Positions 13,601 to 30,100 of a stretch of 64,000 bases of DNA are shown piece after piece. Source of the DNA: Podarcis muralis (lineage: Eukaryota). Numbering within the stretch: position 1 is the first letter of the stretch; every line of letters starts with the position of its first letter. The position numbers and the translations under genes are program-made. The stretch spans positions 101,742,001-101,806,000 of the forward strand of contig NC_135659.1 in the NCBI RefSeq assembly GCF_964188315.1, given 5' to 3'. Under the pieces are notes generated by a model that made no database searches, was not told the DNA's origin, and worked only from the letters and a program-made list of their open reading frames with translations.

Positions 13601-14329
13601 CTCCCTCAGGAAGCAAGCTAGCGGGGGGGGGGGTCAGGTGAGCCACACCCAGGAGCCGGAAGAGCAGCTGGGGGGCTCAGAGGAGGGGATCCAGCAGCTC
13701 CAGAGCCCCAAGCAAGCAGCTGGGTGGAGTTGGGGGGGGGGAAGAGGCTAGCGTGGCCCCCAGGAAGCCAGTCGTGGTTCCCACTCACCCGTCACAGACC
13801 TCCTTGATGATGGACGCCAGAGGCCGCTTCTGAGAGAGGCAGGGGGGAGAAAGAGAAGCCTGAACTGTAACTCTCCTCTGGACGGCAGGTGATCAGCCCC
13901 CCCCCCCCGGCCCACCCACCATTCAGCACTAGAAGGCCTGGACACCCCAGGAAGCTGACAGTTGAAAGAGTCAGGGCCGAGAAAAGAAAGCCCTTCTTAG
14001 CAGAGAGCAGAGTGGAACTCTGGAACTCCCTCCCACAGGAAGCAGCTTGGCCAGCAGGGCTTTCCAAGAGGGTCAGAGGACAGGGCTCTCAATGGCTACC
14101 AGCCACGTGGGCTCAGCTCTGCCCCAGCCCACCCCCAGTAGGAGGCAGCCAGGCTTCTGAACCTCAGGTGCTGGTTGGCCACTGTGAGAACAGGATGCTA
14201 GATGTGGTCCCTGCCCCCCCCCGGCCCGATCCAGCAGCCTGCGCCCGTCACCTGGTCAATCTCCAGCAGCTGAGCATTGGCCCCCGGCCACTCCACAGCC
14301 ACCTTGACAATGTCCGACGGGGGTGGCAT
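1663..14329 (-). CDS. ELMO2: Engulfment and cell motility protein 2, 20 coding exons, 720 aa
   Basis: Exons 14252-14329, 13789-13829, 13497-13569, 13252-13302, 12880-13061, 11358-11457, 9943-10094, 9775-9853, 8646-8696, 8221-8343, 8001-8135, 7243-7347, 7044-7152, 6297-6433, 4990-5153, 4787-4899, 3891-3998, 3578-3660, 3390-3467, 1663-1863 sum to 2163 nt. All introns GT-AG. Starts [16 protein letters not shown], ends [12 protein letters not shown]; matches recalled ELMO2. Confidence 0.97.
3045..3305 (+). mobile_element. CR1-type LINE 3-prime fragment
   Basis: GAGATTCCTGCA...GGACTAGATG...CCTTCCAGCTCTAC terminus shared with copies at 25365, 47800 and 52365. Confidence 0.7.
6748..6864. repeat. 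Tandem duplication, ~58 bp x 2, in an ELMO2 intron
   Basis: AGCCAAATAGCCCCCCGCAGATGCCCCCCAACCTCTTCTAGGAAACCTCCAG(T/A)GAAGG twice, differing by one substitution and one C. Confidence 0.9.
9480..9515 (-). CDS. ELMO2: 36-nt in-frame cassette exon of ELMO2 ([12 protein letters not shown])
   Basis: ccgcag/GAG...ACT/gtaagt, phase 0-0, between the KAPEDKRQ and EMANAF exons. Resembles the recalled DKHLNPLDLPVT insert of longer mammalian Elmo2 isoforms. Confidence 0.85.
10230..11004. mobile_element. Tc1/mariner (Tigger/pogo-like) MITE, outer element
   Basis: 23-bp TIRs CAGTGG(G/T)ACCTTGGTTCTCAAAC with 1 mismatch; TA on both flanks. Confidence 0.85.
10556..10909. mobile_element. MITE nested inside the 10230-11004 element
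   Basis: 22-bp TIRs CAGTGGT(G/A)CCTCGCAAGATGAA; TA flanks; internal GTCTTGCG repeats. Confidence 0.85.
12070..12485 (+). mobile_element. CR1-type LINE 3-prime fragment (second family)
   Basis: GGTTGGCCACTGTGAGAACAGG...ATGTTCTTA terminus. Related pieces at ~5210-5550, ~7440-7545, ~13925-14235, and in antisense at ~20390-20540 and ~24530-24720. Confidence 0.6.
13925..14235 (+). mobile_element. CR1-type fragment next to the first ELMO2 coding exon
   Basis: GGAACTCCCTCCCACAGGA and GGTTGGCCACTGTGAGAACAGGATGCT shared with the 12070 copy. Confidence 0.55.
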
Positions 14330-16439
14330 CCCTCCTGGCTGACGGCCACCTCACAGGGGGGGGGGGGGCGAGGAATGGGCCTCCCAAACCTAGCCAGAGG
14401 GGAAAGGCAAGTCAGCTCCAGGGCAGAGGGGATTCTGGTCCCTCAAGCGGGCACTCCGAGGACCCAGCAGCACCAGCCTCTGCACAGGCCCAAAGCCCTG
14501 GCAAGAAGAGCCAGCCCCCTGGCTAGGCAAGCTCTTTGCCCCCCACCCCCCAACAAAGACCTGGCAAGGAGGGGCCCTGCTCTCAGAGGCACCAGCACCA
14601 CCTCCTGCTGTCCTGGCCAGGTCAAGTTCTGGGCTGCCCCCAAAGACTGCCCAGCCCCACCTTCCTAGAGCTGGGAAGCCGCTGGGAGGGCAGCCTGGCA
14701 AGGAAGCAGGGCAGCGCTACCGGATGCCCCAGCTCTGCTCTTCTGCCAAGGAGTTGCCCCAGAGGAAGCGTAGGCGAGTGAGGGGCCCCTCTCCTGACCA
14801 CAGGAGCCAGCCAGACCCCCTCCCAAGGGATGCCAGGGAGGACACGGGCTCAGCACCTCTTTGCCTTGCAGGGCCAGAGCAGCTGGTGCCTCTGCCTGCC
14901 TCCCCTTCACCACCAGCCTCCTATTCAAGGCCAGGCGCACTTAACCCTCTCCTGGCTGCTGCTCTGGGAGGGCTGGGGGATGTGCCACCTCCTTCCCTCT
15001 CTGCTCAGGAGGGCAGCAGCAGGAGGAGGAGAGGGAACCGCCCAACAAATTCCCTGCTGGAGGTCCAGTTCAGTAGCTTTATTTGACCGACTCTTAGTTT
15101 TGCTAGGAGATGTGGGTCATTATGTGCTGTGCAAGTTTTTGAACGGGTCTTTTTTTTTTTTGGAGGGGGGGAATAAAGCACGCTGCAACATACACAATAC
15201 ATCCGACCCAACCTGTTTTTCCAAGAAAAGTTGAATATATTTTAAGGGCATCACAGTTGACCATTATGATCTGCCCTTTAGTTTTTAAGAGAGGTGAAGA
15301 TGAAGGCGCTAAACTATTTCATGTTAGTGAGCCCAGGGAGCTGGGTCTCCCAGGGATGGACCCCTGAACTAAAGGGCACTGCAGATCAAACCCGGGATAT
15401 AGCTAGCGCTGCATCTGTTCCGGATGCCCACATGCATGCATTCTGCTGGCTCTTTTTAAAAGAAGGCTCTGTTTCTCCAACGTCCCGCCCTGAATGCTTG
15501 GGCAGAGGCTTCCATCAGGCATGGCAAACCCTATATGCTGGCAAGCCCACCAGGCAGCTGCCCCACACCAAGTCCCTTCCTTTGCCTCTCCCCCAACTGC
15601 CCCTCTGCAGCGCCCCACCTGTCCATTGCACTGGGGGGGGGGCTCAGGGTGCTGCCCACCCCAGGCAAGTCCGGGGTTGTGGCTCCCCATCCAGGTTCTG
15701 GTAGAGCAAAAGCAGCAGCAGCCCATGAGGAAGCCGCCTCCTTCTGGGAAGGGAAGAGGAACCAGCCTCCTTCTGCAGAAGAGCCTGGCGACAGGAAGCC
15801 CGGGGGCATTTCGGGGGCTATTGGTGGGGGGGGGCCTGCAGCCCGTGGGGCAGCCCCCTCCTCTCCCGCAGGAACTGGGGGTCTGGGCAGCGCAGGACCA
15901 GGCGCTCTCGCCCCCCCCCCCAGGCCCTCCTACCCACAGACCCTGCCTGGGAGGGGGGAGCAGAGATGGGGCACCAGATGGGCCAGGGAGGCGCCGCTGC
16001 CCCACTGGGGGCAAAAGCAGGAGTCCCCCCCCCAAAGCTGCGGCTTATGGGAAGGTCCCAGCGGGGGGGGGGGATGCTTGCCGGGCGCCCAGTTGGGGGA
16101 AGAAGCCGAGCAGCTCCTCCAGGCCAAAGGAGGGGTCGCCCCCTCCCTCCCTCCCTCCTCCCAGCAGGCGGCCTCCAGGCGCCCCCCCCACGGGCCTCTC
16201 CAGAGCAGCAGGAGGGGGGGGGGAGGAGGCGGCCCGCGAGGGCCTCTGTCCGGAGATGGGGGGCCGGCCGGTGTCCCGCAGAGCGGCGTCCGGGGGGGGA
16301 GGCTCCCTTTGAAGTCGCCGCCCCCCCCGCGTGACCAACAGACCGAGGGGGCGGGGGAGGGAGGGGGAAACGGAGCCCCGAGAGTCGCCGCTCCGCCCCC
16401 CCCCCGCCCCCGAGGCCGGCCGCCCTCCCCGCCCCGCGC

Positions 16440-16906
16440 TCACCCGGCTGCCGGGACCCTCCGCTCCGCCGCCGACGCCGCTCTCCCTCCGGCCGCGGAC
16501 CCGGCTGCGTCCCGCCCCTCTCGCCCGGCCGCGCAGCCCCATTGGCCAGCGGCGCCCGCCACTCAGGAGCGCGCCTCGTCCCCCATTGGCGCCGGCTCCG
16601 CTCCGTCTCTCTCCAGCCCGGGAGGCGGGGCCTCGTCGCCCGGCGCCGGCTGCCATGGAGACCGCGCAGCTCCGCCCTCCTCCGCAGCCGCCGCGCTGGG
16701 CGGTCGCCCGGGCAACGAGCCCCGCCTCCGAGGGGCGGGGCCGGGCGCCGGAAGTGTGGCGGGGAGCGTCCGGTCGGCGGGCGCTTCCGGTTCCGCTCAG
16801 GCAGCGCGAGGCGCGTCTTTGGTTCGTGAGGCGGCGGCGGGAAGGAAAGAAGGCAGGAAGGCCGAGGGGAGCCGCGCCGGGAAGGAGGACCGACGCCACC
16901 GCCACC
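16440..16906. promoter_or_regulatory. CpG-island bidirectional promoter, ELMO2 / SNRPB
   Basis: Very CpG-rich. ATTGG (CCAAT) boxes near 16541 and 16585, GC boxes, ETS/GABP-type CCGGAAGT near 16748 and CTTCCGG near 16784. Kozak GCCACCATG at 16901-16909. Confidence 0.8.
16444..16520 (-). other. ELMO2: Probable non-coding first exon of ELMO2 (5-prime limit approximate)
   Basis: Minus-strand donor CCGG/GTGAGC at 16443 inside the CpG island, just downstream of CCAAT boxes. Confidence 0.55.
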
Positions 16907-20167
<3,261 letters not shown>

Positions 20168-20299
20168 GAGGTGACACTGTGAAGGGAGCAAAATTTGAGC
20201 CTTTGGACTTCTGTCTTGTTCACCCTGAGGGAATGATGGGGTGGGGGGGGGGGTTGTGTGTATGTTTTATATTTTGGGGGTTGTCATGTTGCCCTTTCT

Positions 20300-20305
20300 A
20301 ATAAA
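20300..20305 (+). terminator. Poly(A) signal of SNRPB
   Basis: AATAAA 133 nt after the stop codon, followed by GT-rich sequence. Confidence 0.75.
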
Positions 20306-21406
20306 CACTGGGAAATTTCCTGCTGTGGTGGTGCAAATTCATTCTGAGATTGAGCAAAGCAAACAAGTCTAGGCTTCCTGGAGGGCTCTTCACCTGGGCT
20401 CAGGAACTGAAGAAGAGCCTGCTGGATGAGGCCAGTGGCTCATCTGGTCCAGCATCCTCTTCTCACAATGGCTGACCAGATGCCCCAGTGGGAAACCTGC
20501 AAGTGGACCTGAGCACAAGAGCAGCCCTCTCTCCTCTTCAGAAGCTAGTCACCAGCTTAGGTTCAGTGCGGGGATCTCACGCCAAAGCCTGGGGGAGGGG
20601 GACGTTGCAGCCTTGTCCCTGTGGTTGCTGCCAAGGCATCAAACTGCTCAAGCATTCCTGAAGCGGAGGAGGTTGACCTTTTGCTAATCTGCAGCTAGGA
20701 GGCAGGCAGGAAAAGCCCCAGTTGAGAACTTGCTTGCTGTTTGGATAGAAAAATCCCCAAATAACATGGGTTGTGGGCAGTGTTACAGTCACCAAAATGG
20801 AATGTCTACGTGCCATTTTGAGGCAAGACTAAAGTCTTTTCCAATGATGGACTGACTGATTATCAGTGAAACATCTGGCTAGGATGACAACCAGGAGCTA
20901 GGTTAAGAACTTAAAAGTCGCTTGATCTATGGACAGTCCAGAGTTTTCTTGATGGTGACACAGACCATTCATAACGTAAGAATATCTTTCACAACTGAGC
21001 AGTGGGGTGTGGTAAGGGAAGACAAGCTACAACAATTAACTAACATTGTTCACGGCTCCTGCACAGAAAAAGCATATTGTGGAGAAAAAAAATAAAAGAA
21101 TTTCTTCCTCTCAACATTAGAGGCATATGTATTTTTCTTGTTTTGTCCCATTCTGGACAATTCTTTTGAGACCAGTTATAAATGCAAATAATTGAGCTGT
21201 AAATAAATCATGATTTATAGCAAGATTTCTGCCATCTTATTACACAGTTCTGTCCTGACACTGGGAATTTTTGACTTCATATTTCACAGCACACTTGAGT
21301 GATACATTTCCCCAATTCCACACAGAAGTAGAGGTTCTCTACCATCACCCACACCTTTTTTTTAGAAAGTTTCACATGAGACCTCTAGTTTGTCAAAAAA
21401 GTCATT

Positions 21407-21412
21407 TTTAAT
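21407..21412 (-). terminator. Probable poly(A) signal of DDX27
   Basis: ATTAAA on the minus strand ~300 nt after the stop codon. Confidence 0.5.
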
Positions 21413-21710
21413 GATAAACGTGTAGAATAATCTACAGTTTCTCAGAACATGAAGAGTTTCTTCCTCGGTGAGAAATGTTAGAAAGCAAATGGGGCTGCAA
21501 TACGCAGGCAAGCCAGGCACTGGTGAATTCCGATTTTCAGGCCGCAACAGTGGGAAGCGGTCTGGCTTGTCCTTCCCAGGCCAAAGCTGCCTCCAGCTGC
21601 CCGGATGTGGCTGGTGCTGCTGCCTCCAGGAAGACTCACTTGGATTCCAAGCCTCAAAAGGGCCTCCACCATCCAGAAACCCGCAAAGGCAGCCCAGGAG
21701 AGCTCCTCCC

Positions 21711-24700
21711 TCACTTCTTCCTCTTGTACCTGCACAAGGACAGGAAGCAGAAAGCGCGTCAGTCCTCTGGTGGGAGAGGCAGAAGAGAGCCGGAGGGAGA
21801 GACATGGGTGGAAAAGGCAGGGAGCCCAGGAGCCTCACCTGGAGCTGGCTGCTCTGAAATTCCCTCCCTTCCTCCTTGAGCCAAGACCCAGGCGCTTGCG
21901 GTCTTCAAACGAGGGCCTGCAGGAAAGAGATGTCAGGATCACGGCCAGGCACGGCCTCTGCTGACGGGGGGGGGGGGGGGGCTGGCACAAGCCTGTCCCC
22001 CCAAAGAGGTGGGCGTGATTCCTTTACTGAAGGGGGTTGGACTAGATGATTCCAGCTGGGGAACTTCTGGCCCATTTTAGCAGCTGGTTTTGATGCCCCT
22101 TGCACTCTGGCTCCCAAGCCCCCAACAACTTTCTCGCTTGGGGCGCTCTGCACAACAAAGATTGCCTTTGTTCCTCATCTGTGGACTGGAGAGGTCACTC
22201 CTAGCCCTGGCAAGAGGATCACCAGGACCGTGAAGGAAAGGGATGATGGGGGGGGGCATGCACAATACTCACCCCGCCCGATACTGCTTCAGGGCTCTCC
22301 GGCTGGTGTTGGTGAGCTCCTCATCAAAGACGGACGTCTTCTTCTTGTGCTGCTGCTGCCTGGGCCCTTGAGGAATGTGGCAGAGAGGGAGACCCCCGGT
22401 TAAAGCCAAGGCGACCTGCAGCCCTCTGGCAGCCCCCCCCCCCCCGAGAAGTGGCGCTGCTGCTTACCTCCCTTGGCCGCTGCGGACGGAGCCTCCTCGG
22501 GGATGGCCCTGGCACGCTTGGGCCGGCGATTCCTCTTGGCCAGGCGCTCGGCGTACATCTGGGACTTCAGGATCTCAAACTGGGACCGCTCCTCCGGCTG
22601 TAGGGGCAGCACAAAGGGGGCTAGCAGTGCTTCCTCCCCCAACTCACTCACTAGCCCCTCAAAACAACCGCCCCCCCCCCATACACACACACACTCAGCC
22701 ACTGCTCACCGTCAACTGGGCCGCCTTCTTCTGAGACTCCTTCATGAACTTCTTCCGCTTCTTGGTGCCTCGCAGCGCCAAGTCAAACTCCTGCAGGGCC
22801 TTGGCAACTGGGCGAGAAGAGAGATCCCAGAGGCAGAAGGTGAGAAGCCAGGAAAGGAAAGAACCCCCTTTCGCGGCCAAGGCCCCCCCCTGCCCCCTCT
22901 CGCTCTCCCGGCCAGGCCCTTACGCTTCTCCTTCTTCCTCTCCTCCCGGCTCTGGAACCAGCTGCGGGCAGCGCCCTCCGCCCCTTCCTGAGCACTCGTC
23001 TCCAGTTTCCGCTTGGCAGTGTTGATCTAGGAGGAGAGCAAAGTCAAGGGGCTGCTGTTGGGAGAGCCCCTCTTTGGGCACAGCCTCAATGCCCAGGAAC
23101 CTCGGCAGGGAGCCAAAGAGGGCTGCCCCATGTTCCCTCATCCACCTGGCGGGGTGGCGTCCCACGGGGGAAGTTACCACAGAAGGAGCCAACTAAAGGG
23201 GAATCCCAGAGGGCCAAAGCAGGGAGGCACTCAAACCAAATTGCTCTGCAGGAACTTGCTTGCTCCCTTTTGCAAAGATAAGCACTTCCATGAGCCCAGG
23301 CACCCCTAAGGCCTCCTCCCGCCCCCCCCCCACCTTGCTGCCGCCTCTGCCTCCTCCTCCTCCTCACCTGGGCCTCCGAGTGCTGCAGCTCCCTCTCCTC
23401 GCGCTCCAGGCGCAGCACAGCATAGACGTCCGACTCCAGCTTCTCAATCTTCTCCCGGAAGCGCAGAATCACATCTGGGGGCAAAGGGCAGCCGCTCAGC
23501 CTCCCACAGCGCCACCCCTGGCCTAAGGGTGCCCGTCCCCATGCCCTGCTCCCCAACCCCGCCCTGCTGCCACCATGCTTACCCTGGGGAAGGACCCTGG
23601 CCTTGACGGGCGCCTTGGCGGCTTTCACGATCTCCTTCAGCATCTTGCGCTCCTCCTCGCCCACCAGGGAGACGGAGCGGCCGGCCCGCCCTGCACGTGC
23701 TGTGCGCCCCACGCGGTGCACATAATGCTTGGTGGTGTTGGGCATCGTGAAGTTGATCACCTGTGGCGAGACAGGAGAGCCTCAGGAAAGCACCTGCGGG
23801 ACTGGGGCAAGAGCCCACCTGGTCTGGCATCCCGCTCTCCCAGTGAGAAGCTGAGCAGGACCCAAGCTGGCGGAGGGGGAGAGCCACTGACCGTTTTGAC
23901 ACCTTCAATGTCCAGTCCTCGCGCCGCAACGTCCGTGGCCACCAGCACATCAATCTGCTCGTCCTTGAAGCGCCTGCAGACAGCGGCAGCATCCGCAGAG
24001 AGGGAGCGTCAGGGGCAGCCGGACTCTCTTGCGCCACCTCCTCCCCCACCCCGCGCTCCCAGCCCTGCCTACCGGAGCCCTTCCAGGCGCTGCGCCTGTG
24101 AGAGGTCACCATGCAGCTCCCCGACACGGAGGCCCATCAGGCCCAGGAGGATGTGCAGGCGGTGCGCTTGCTTCTTGGTCTGCGTGAAGAGCATCACGTG
24201 GTCCAGGAACGTCCGAGTCAGCAGGGCTGAGGAGGAGAGGGATGGGAGGACACAAAACTCACAGGTGGCCTGTGGAACTCACTCCCACAGGGGGCAGTGA
24301 CGGCCACCAACCTAGAGTGCTTTAAAATAGCATGGGGGAGGAGAGGGCTTTCGGTGGCTCTTAGCCAGGATGACCACGCTTGGCCTCCACAGTCGTATCA
24401 GCAGTGCTTCTGAATTCCAGCAGCTGGGAACCACAGGAGGGGAGAGGGCTTTTGGGCTCAAATCGGGCTTATGGGCTTCCTCCCTGGGGCATTTGTTTGG
24501 GTGCTGGGCTAGATGGGCCTCTGACCTAATCCTGCAGGCTCTGCTGATGTTCTTAAAAGCCTGATGGATCAGGCCAACAGCCCATCTAGTCCAGCTTCCT
24601 CTTCTCATAGCGGCCAAAAAGAGGCCCCTATCAGGAAACCAGCAAACAGCATCTGAGCACAAGAGCGACTCTCCCAGCAACTCATATCCGGCAGAGCAAC

Positions 24701-27074
24701 CATTATGGCTATGTGCTATGGGGTCATAAGCTACCCCTGAGGGCTGCTGGACCCCCACTCCAGGCTCCCACCTGCCACAATTGCCTCCCGGTCTCCCTCG
24801 CGGCTGGGCCGGATGCGGACAAACTCCTGGCGCAGAAACGGGGCCACATCTGTGTTGCTGTTCACAAAGACCCGGACAGGGTTCTTCAAGGAAACGGAGG
24901 CCAAGTCTTTCACCTGCCAGAGAGGGGGAAGCTTTGTCAGCCCTGCCAAGAAGGTCACCCTAACACTCCACTCCTCCCAAGAGAAGCAGGACATCCGGGT
25001 CCAAGGGAGATCACAGCAGTTCTGCAGCAGAGCACCAAGATTCAAATACATGACAAGATTCCTGAGGCCACTTCCTATCCGCCCAGCGCACTGTCACAAC
25101 TGCACCCTCCCCAGTCTCCTCTCTGAGTCTCCCTTGGTACCTCGTCTGTCATGGTGGCAGAAAAGAGCATGGTCTGGCGATGTCGGGAACACAGCCGGAT
25201 GATCTCCTTCATCTGCTCCTCAAAGTACTCATCCAGCATCCTGTGGGGAACGGGAGAGGCAGGTGAGCAAATAGGGCAGAGGGTGGGGCTCCTCCTCCAG
25301 GCACAAAAACTGACAACGCAGCCAGCCTGTGCCAAAAATCTTAAGGGCTGTCACATGGCAGAGAGAACAGCCTTGTTTTCTCCCGCTCTGGATGGGAAGA
25401 CTTGAACCCATGGCTTCAAATGACAAGAAAGGAGATTCTGACGGGAAAACTCTCTGACCGTAAGAGCTGTTCGACAGTGGAACGGTCTCCCACGAGAGGT
25501 GGTGGACTCCTTCCTTGGAGGTTTTTAAGCAGAGGTTGGGTGGCCAGCTGTCAGGGATGCTTGAGCTGAGATTCCTGCATTGCAGGGGGTGAACTAGATG
25601 GCCCTTCTAAGTACCTTCCAACTCTACTGTTCTCTGACAGCTCTGTTCTTCCTCCAGTGCCCAGGGCAGCCTACCTCTGAATATGGGGTTTTGGGGTTCA
25701 CAGATGGGGAGAGCATTGCTCTTGTGCTCAGGCCCTGCTTCTGATGGACCGCTGTGAGAGCAGGATGCTGGCCTGGGTGGGCTTCCTTTGGCCTGATCCT
25801 GCAGCCAGGCCTCTTGGTGTTCTGAGGGCCTCCCCCCCCCCCGCCCCGCCTGTGCCCAGAGATTCCCCTCACCGGTCAGCCTCGTCCAGGATGAGGACCT
25901 CAACGCTGTCCAGGTGGAAGGAGGGGCAGTTGTGCAGGTGGTCAATGAGGCGTCCGGGGGTCGCGATGAGGATGTCGGGGCCCGAGCGCAGCGCCGCCTC
26001 CTGGGTCTTCAGGTCCAGGCCCCCTACAAGGACACAAACCGGGCGGGGGCATGAGCTCCCCTGGTGGGCAGGATGGGTGCAAACAAAGTCACCCTCTCCA
26101 TCTCCAGGTCCTGCTCACTCACCCACGGCCAGGCAGGCGGTGACACTGGTGAACTGCGCCAGCTGCTTCGTGACAGAGTGCACCTGAATGCCCAGCTCCC
26201 GGGTGGGCACCAGAACCAGCACCCGCGTCACTGGGGCTTGGCGGGGCTTGTAGATCAGGCGCTCCAGCACAGGCAGAATGAAGGCCGCTGTCTTCCCTGA
26301 AGACAAAGACATAGATCAGCCTCCTGGCCCACCCCAAGCCTTTGCCCCACCCCCACTCCCTTGAACCCGGGGCTTACCTGTCCCTGTAGCCGCACATGCG
26401 CAGATGTCCTTCCCCAGGAGCCCCACAGGGATGCAGGCCTTCTGGATGGGGGTCGGCTGCTTGAAGCCCAGGGCGGTTATTGCCTGCCAATCACAGCCGT
26501 TGGGAAGAAGCCAGTGTGAGCAGGTCTCTGCCCTGCAACTATGCAAACACTTAACTTGGAACGCGCTGCTCTCTGGCCTCTCAGAGGGACTGGGTCTCCA
26601 CACTGACATGGGCAGTAATCCCAGCATATGATCATTTCAGGGGAGATGAATGGGAAAGTGGCCATTTCTAGCTCAGCCCTGTTAGCTACTGCCCATACAC
26701 AGCCAAGGGGAGTCTTCAGTGCAGGAAGGCAAACTACGTCACCCAAGGTGCTTGGCATGGCGTGCTGGTTGACCTAGCAGATTCCAAGAGAGAGAGACCG
26801 ATCTACTCTCAGACTACAACTTATTTGAACTCAGGGGTAACATTTTATCATCTCGAGGCAATACTTCAGGTAATTTTGCTGATAGCCTACAAAGGCAGTA
26901 ATTCCAGTCTTTCTGCAATCTAATACCGTATTTTTCTGTGTATAACACGCCCCCTATTTTTTGGGACTCCAAATAAAGCAATCCCCCATATGCACTATCC
27001 ATGTATAAGACGACCCCCAATTTTAAACTTGAAAAAATAGGGGGGAAATATAGTCTTATACATGGAAAAATACA

Positions 27075-27114
<40 letters not shown>

Positions 27115-30100
27115 TTACTACTACTACTACTACTACTACTACAGCCCCAGAAAGTGAAATACTTGATTCTGGTGGCTGGTTTGATTCTGAACATCAGGTG
27201 GCTAAGCGCTCTCAGGATCTTTAGAAAATAATCAGAATTTTTAGGAAAGTGGTTTTTTTATACCAGAGGAACCAATTGCAGAATGTGGTAGAATTTCTTA
27301 TTTCAGCTTTGGACATGTAATAATGGAGAAGAATTCAACTAGATTTCAGAGCATTGAATTGTGTGGACTGAGGGAAATGAAATGTCCCACTGAAGCAGCA
27401 GGAACCAATCTAGACAGCTGCTTTGACGGCAAATTGTGCATGCACAAAAGGTCAACACGGTATCTTCTTGTAGCATTTACAGATCTACCTTTAGCTTTTG
27501 ATTTGATAGACAGAGTTTGGTCTAAGCTGTTCAATACATATATTGAAAAAAGACCATTGATTTTAATTTAAAACCCACATTCTTATGCTCATCTTAAAGT
27601 GAAAGCAAGTTAAATGTCCCCCTTACTAACCCCTTTTTTAGCAAATAAACAGGACTGACTGACAACTGACAAGGACCCCCTCTCCCCACATGAAGTGACC
27701 CTGACCCTGTGATCATCACCTGAGGACCTTCTTCTGATGCCCTCCTCCATGAGGTCCAGAGGGCGGGCAAAACCTTTTCTGCTGTGGCTCCTCATTTGTG
27801 AAAAGCTCTCCCCAGAGAAGCTCGCCTGGCGCCTTCATTACATATCTTTTTTTGCCAGGCAAAAACAACTTTTCTTCAACCAGGCCTTTGACTGATTAAC
27901 CTTCTACAGCTTTTTTAATGTGTTTGTGGGAGGAGAGTTATGGGTTTGTTTTTGTTTTCTTATGTATTTTGTGGTCTCATTTTGTATTTTTGTGAACCGC
28001 CCTGTGATCTTCGGGTGAAGGCTGGCATACAAATTTAAATATAAATAAACAAGAACTTTCTTCTTCCATCCTCCAACTACAGGCTCATTTAAGGTCCATT
28101 TACCCAGAAGCCTCGAACCCTGTTAACAGTACAGTGGAACCTCGGTGAAAACGTTCGAAAACCAAGAACCAATGGGAGGTCCATTGAGAAAAAAGAAAAA
28201 CACGCAGCGGACCTATTTGAAAACAGAAGCAATTACTTCCGGGTTTTCGGCATTCAGATTCCGAAACGTTCAGCTTCCAAGATGCTCAAAAACCGAGGTT
28301 CCACTGTATGATGAACATCCTAATGTTATCTTTGCTGCTAAACAGTAGTTTTTTGTTTTGCTGTCCTTCCAATAAGAGATACCAAACAGCCACTTTCGCC
28401 ATCTCCCTCTGAAAGAAAGCAGGATCTGGCTACCTTCAGCAAGGGCCGGGAGAGGTTCATATCTTGGAACGACAGGCTGTCATCGTACTGTGAAGCATCT
28501 TCAAAGAACTGCTCAGGTTCCTAGAAAGGAGGATCAGAAAGAGAAAGCCTGGAACACAGACTCACAACATGAGGGAAGGACCCCTGTTTCTGCAGGTACT
28601 CCTTCTCACCCAGCACCACCCAGCATCCAAAGGCTCACCTCCTCTCCACCTCGCTTCCTTTTCCGTCGCTGCTTCACCTTGAGTGTATCTGTAAAAAACC
28701 ACACGACCCCCCACCAAAAGATGATCAGAACACCTTACAAATCAGAGAGTAGCACCTCCTACTAAAACCTCGATTCATGCAACTAGCTGCAAAAAGTATG
28801 TCAGCTGCCCCACTGTAAGGCACAGAAGATGCACACTTGCTCTCTTCTGCCCCGGTGCCTGCACAGCACATCCATCGCCATGGTTACCAGCTTTTGTGAA
28901 GATGCTCTCATCTGCCGAAGAGTACTCAGACTCCAACTCCTCCTCCTCCTCCTTTGCATCTTCCTCCTCACTTCCTCCAGCATCCACCTTGTCTACATTC
29001 TCCTGTGTAGCCTCCCCAGCATCTTCTTTTGCTGGCCCTTGTTTAGCTTGCTTTTCCTGGAAAAGACCCCCCAAATGGGACATTGTTTTTTACTGCCCAG
29101 CCTCCTTCTCTATGGCCAAAGAGTTTATTGTCTTGACCAAAGACCCAAACGATTTCATTACAATTTACCAAACTGTAACAAACAACGTACAACAACTACG
29201 TACTCCAAAGCATCAAGCATATAAAGAAAGGGAGTCAGAGTCTGTATCATCTGCTAGCTCATACCTAGCTTAACTTCCACTAGACCTCTGAATTTCCAGC
29301 GCAACTTTTTGCAATATTGTTTCCTTTTCTCATCTTTCTTGCAGCCAGAACATAAAGCACCACTTTATGTGACACAAATCCGTTAGAGTCAAATATGTTA
29401 GGGAATTGTTTCTGCCATTGTAAGCCTGCTTCTAAACTTCCTTCTCTAAGATTCCACGATTAAATAATGTTCCACAGAACCAGAAAAACTGCTTGAAGAT
29501 TCTCTAAGGGTCCCTACAGAGATGCAATCACACTGCAGGCACCTTATGCAAAAGGCAAAGCCCACACAGCTCTTTCATGGGTTACACATGCCGCCCCATC
29601 CAGAAGCTGATCTTGCATTAAGCAGAGGATTGGGCTAGAAGACCTTCCAGGTCCCTTTCAAATGTATGGTGTTATGAATAGCCACCTGCCCTGACTTTGG
29701 GGTCCTGAAAATGGGAAGTTCTGTTGTGCTTAGGTGAGTCATTCTGCAGTCACAGAGGTTCCCCTGCACGTGAAACAGACCAGTTGGACACTTTGTTTTG
29801 GAGGACACTACTTTTGGAAGGCTACACAACATCCACACACAGGTGCAACAAGTGGTGGGGACTGAGGGGTATTCAGCACCCCCAAATTTTTCAAGGAGGG
29901 GACGGGGCTGCCCCAAATTCCTGTGGCCCTGCTCCACCTCCTCCTCCCTGCCGATGTCATGTGGGCAAGAGTGTGGAGCTGGCAGCCCTGCCTCGCAGCC
30001 TCCTCCTCCCTGCCTGAGGTCGCGTGGGGAGGAGGAGGCCAAGCATGGAGCCCAGCTCTGCGCTCCCCATTCCGCACCCAGCGCTCGAGTACTGGCACAT

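Noticed and set aside
20350-21360. ZFAS1/SNORD12 family sought near DDX27 and ZNFX1
   Set aside because: Only isolated TGATG/CTGA words; the recalled SNORD12 guide (TTTCCCC before a D-prime box) was not found on either strand here or at 43400-45000. A covariance-model scan would settle it.
26814-27231. Poly-Ile/Ser/Leu ORFs resembling membrane peptides
   Set aside because: Translation of (AAT)n(ACT)n and a MITE; no promoter or splice support.
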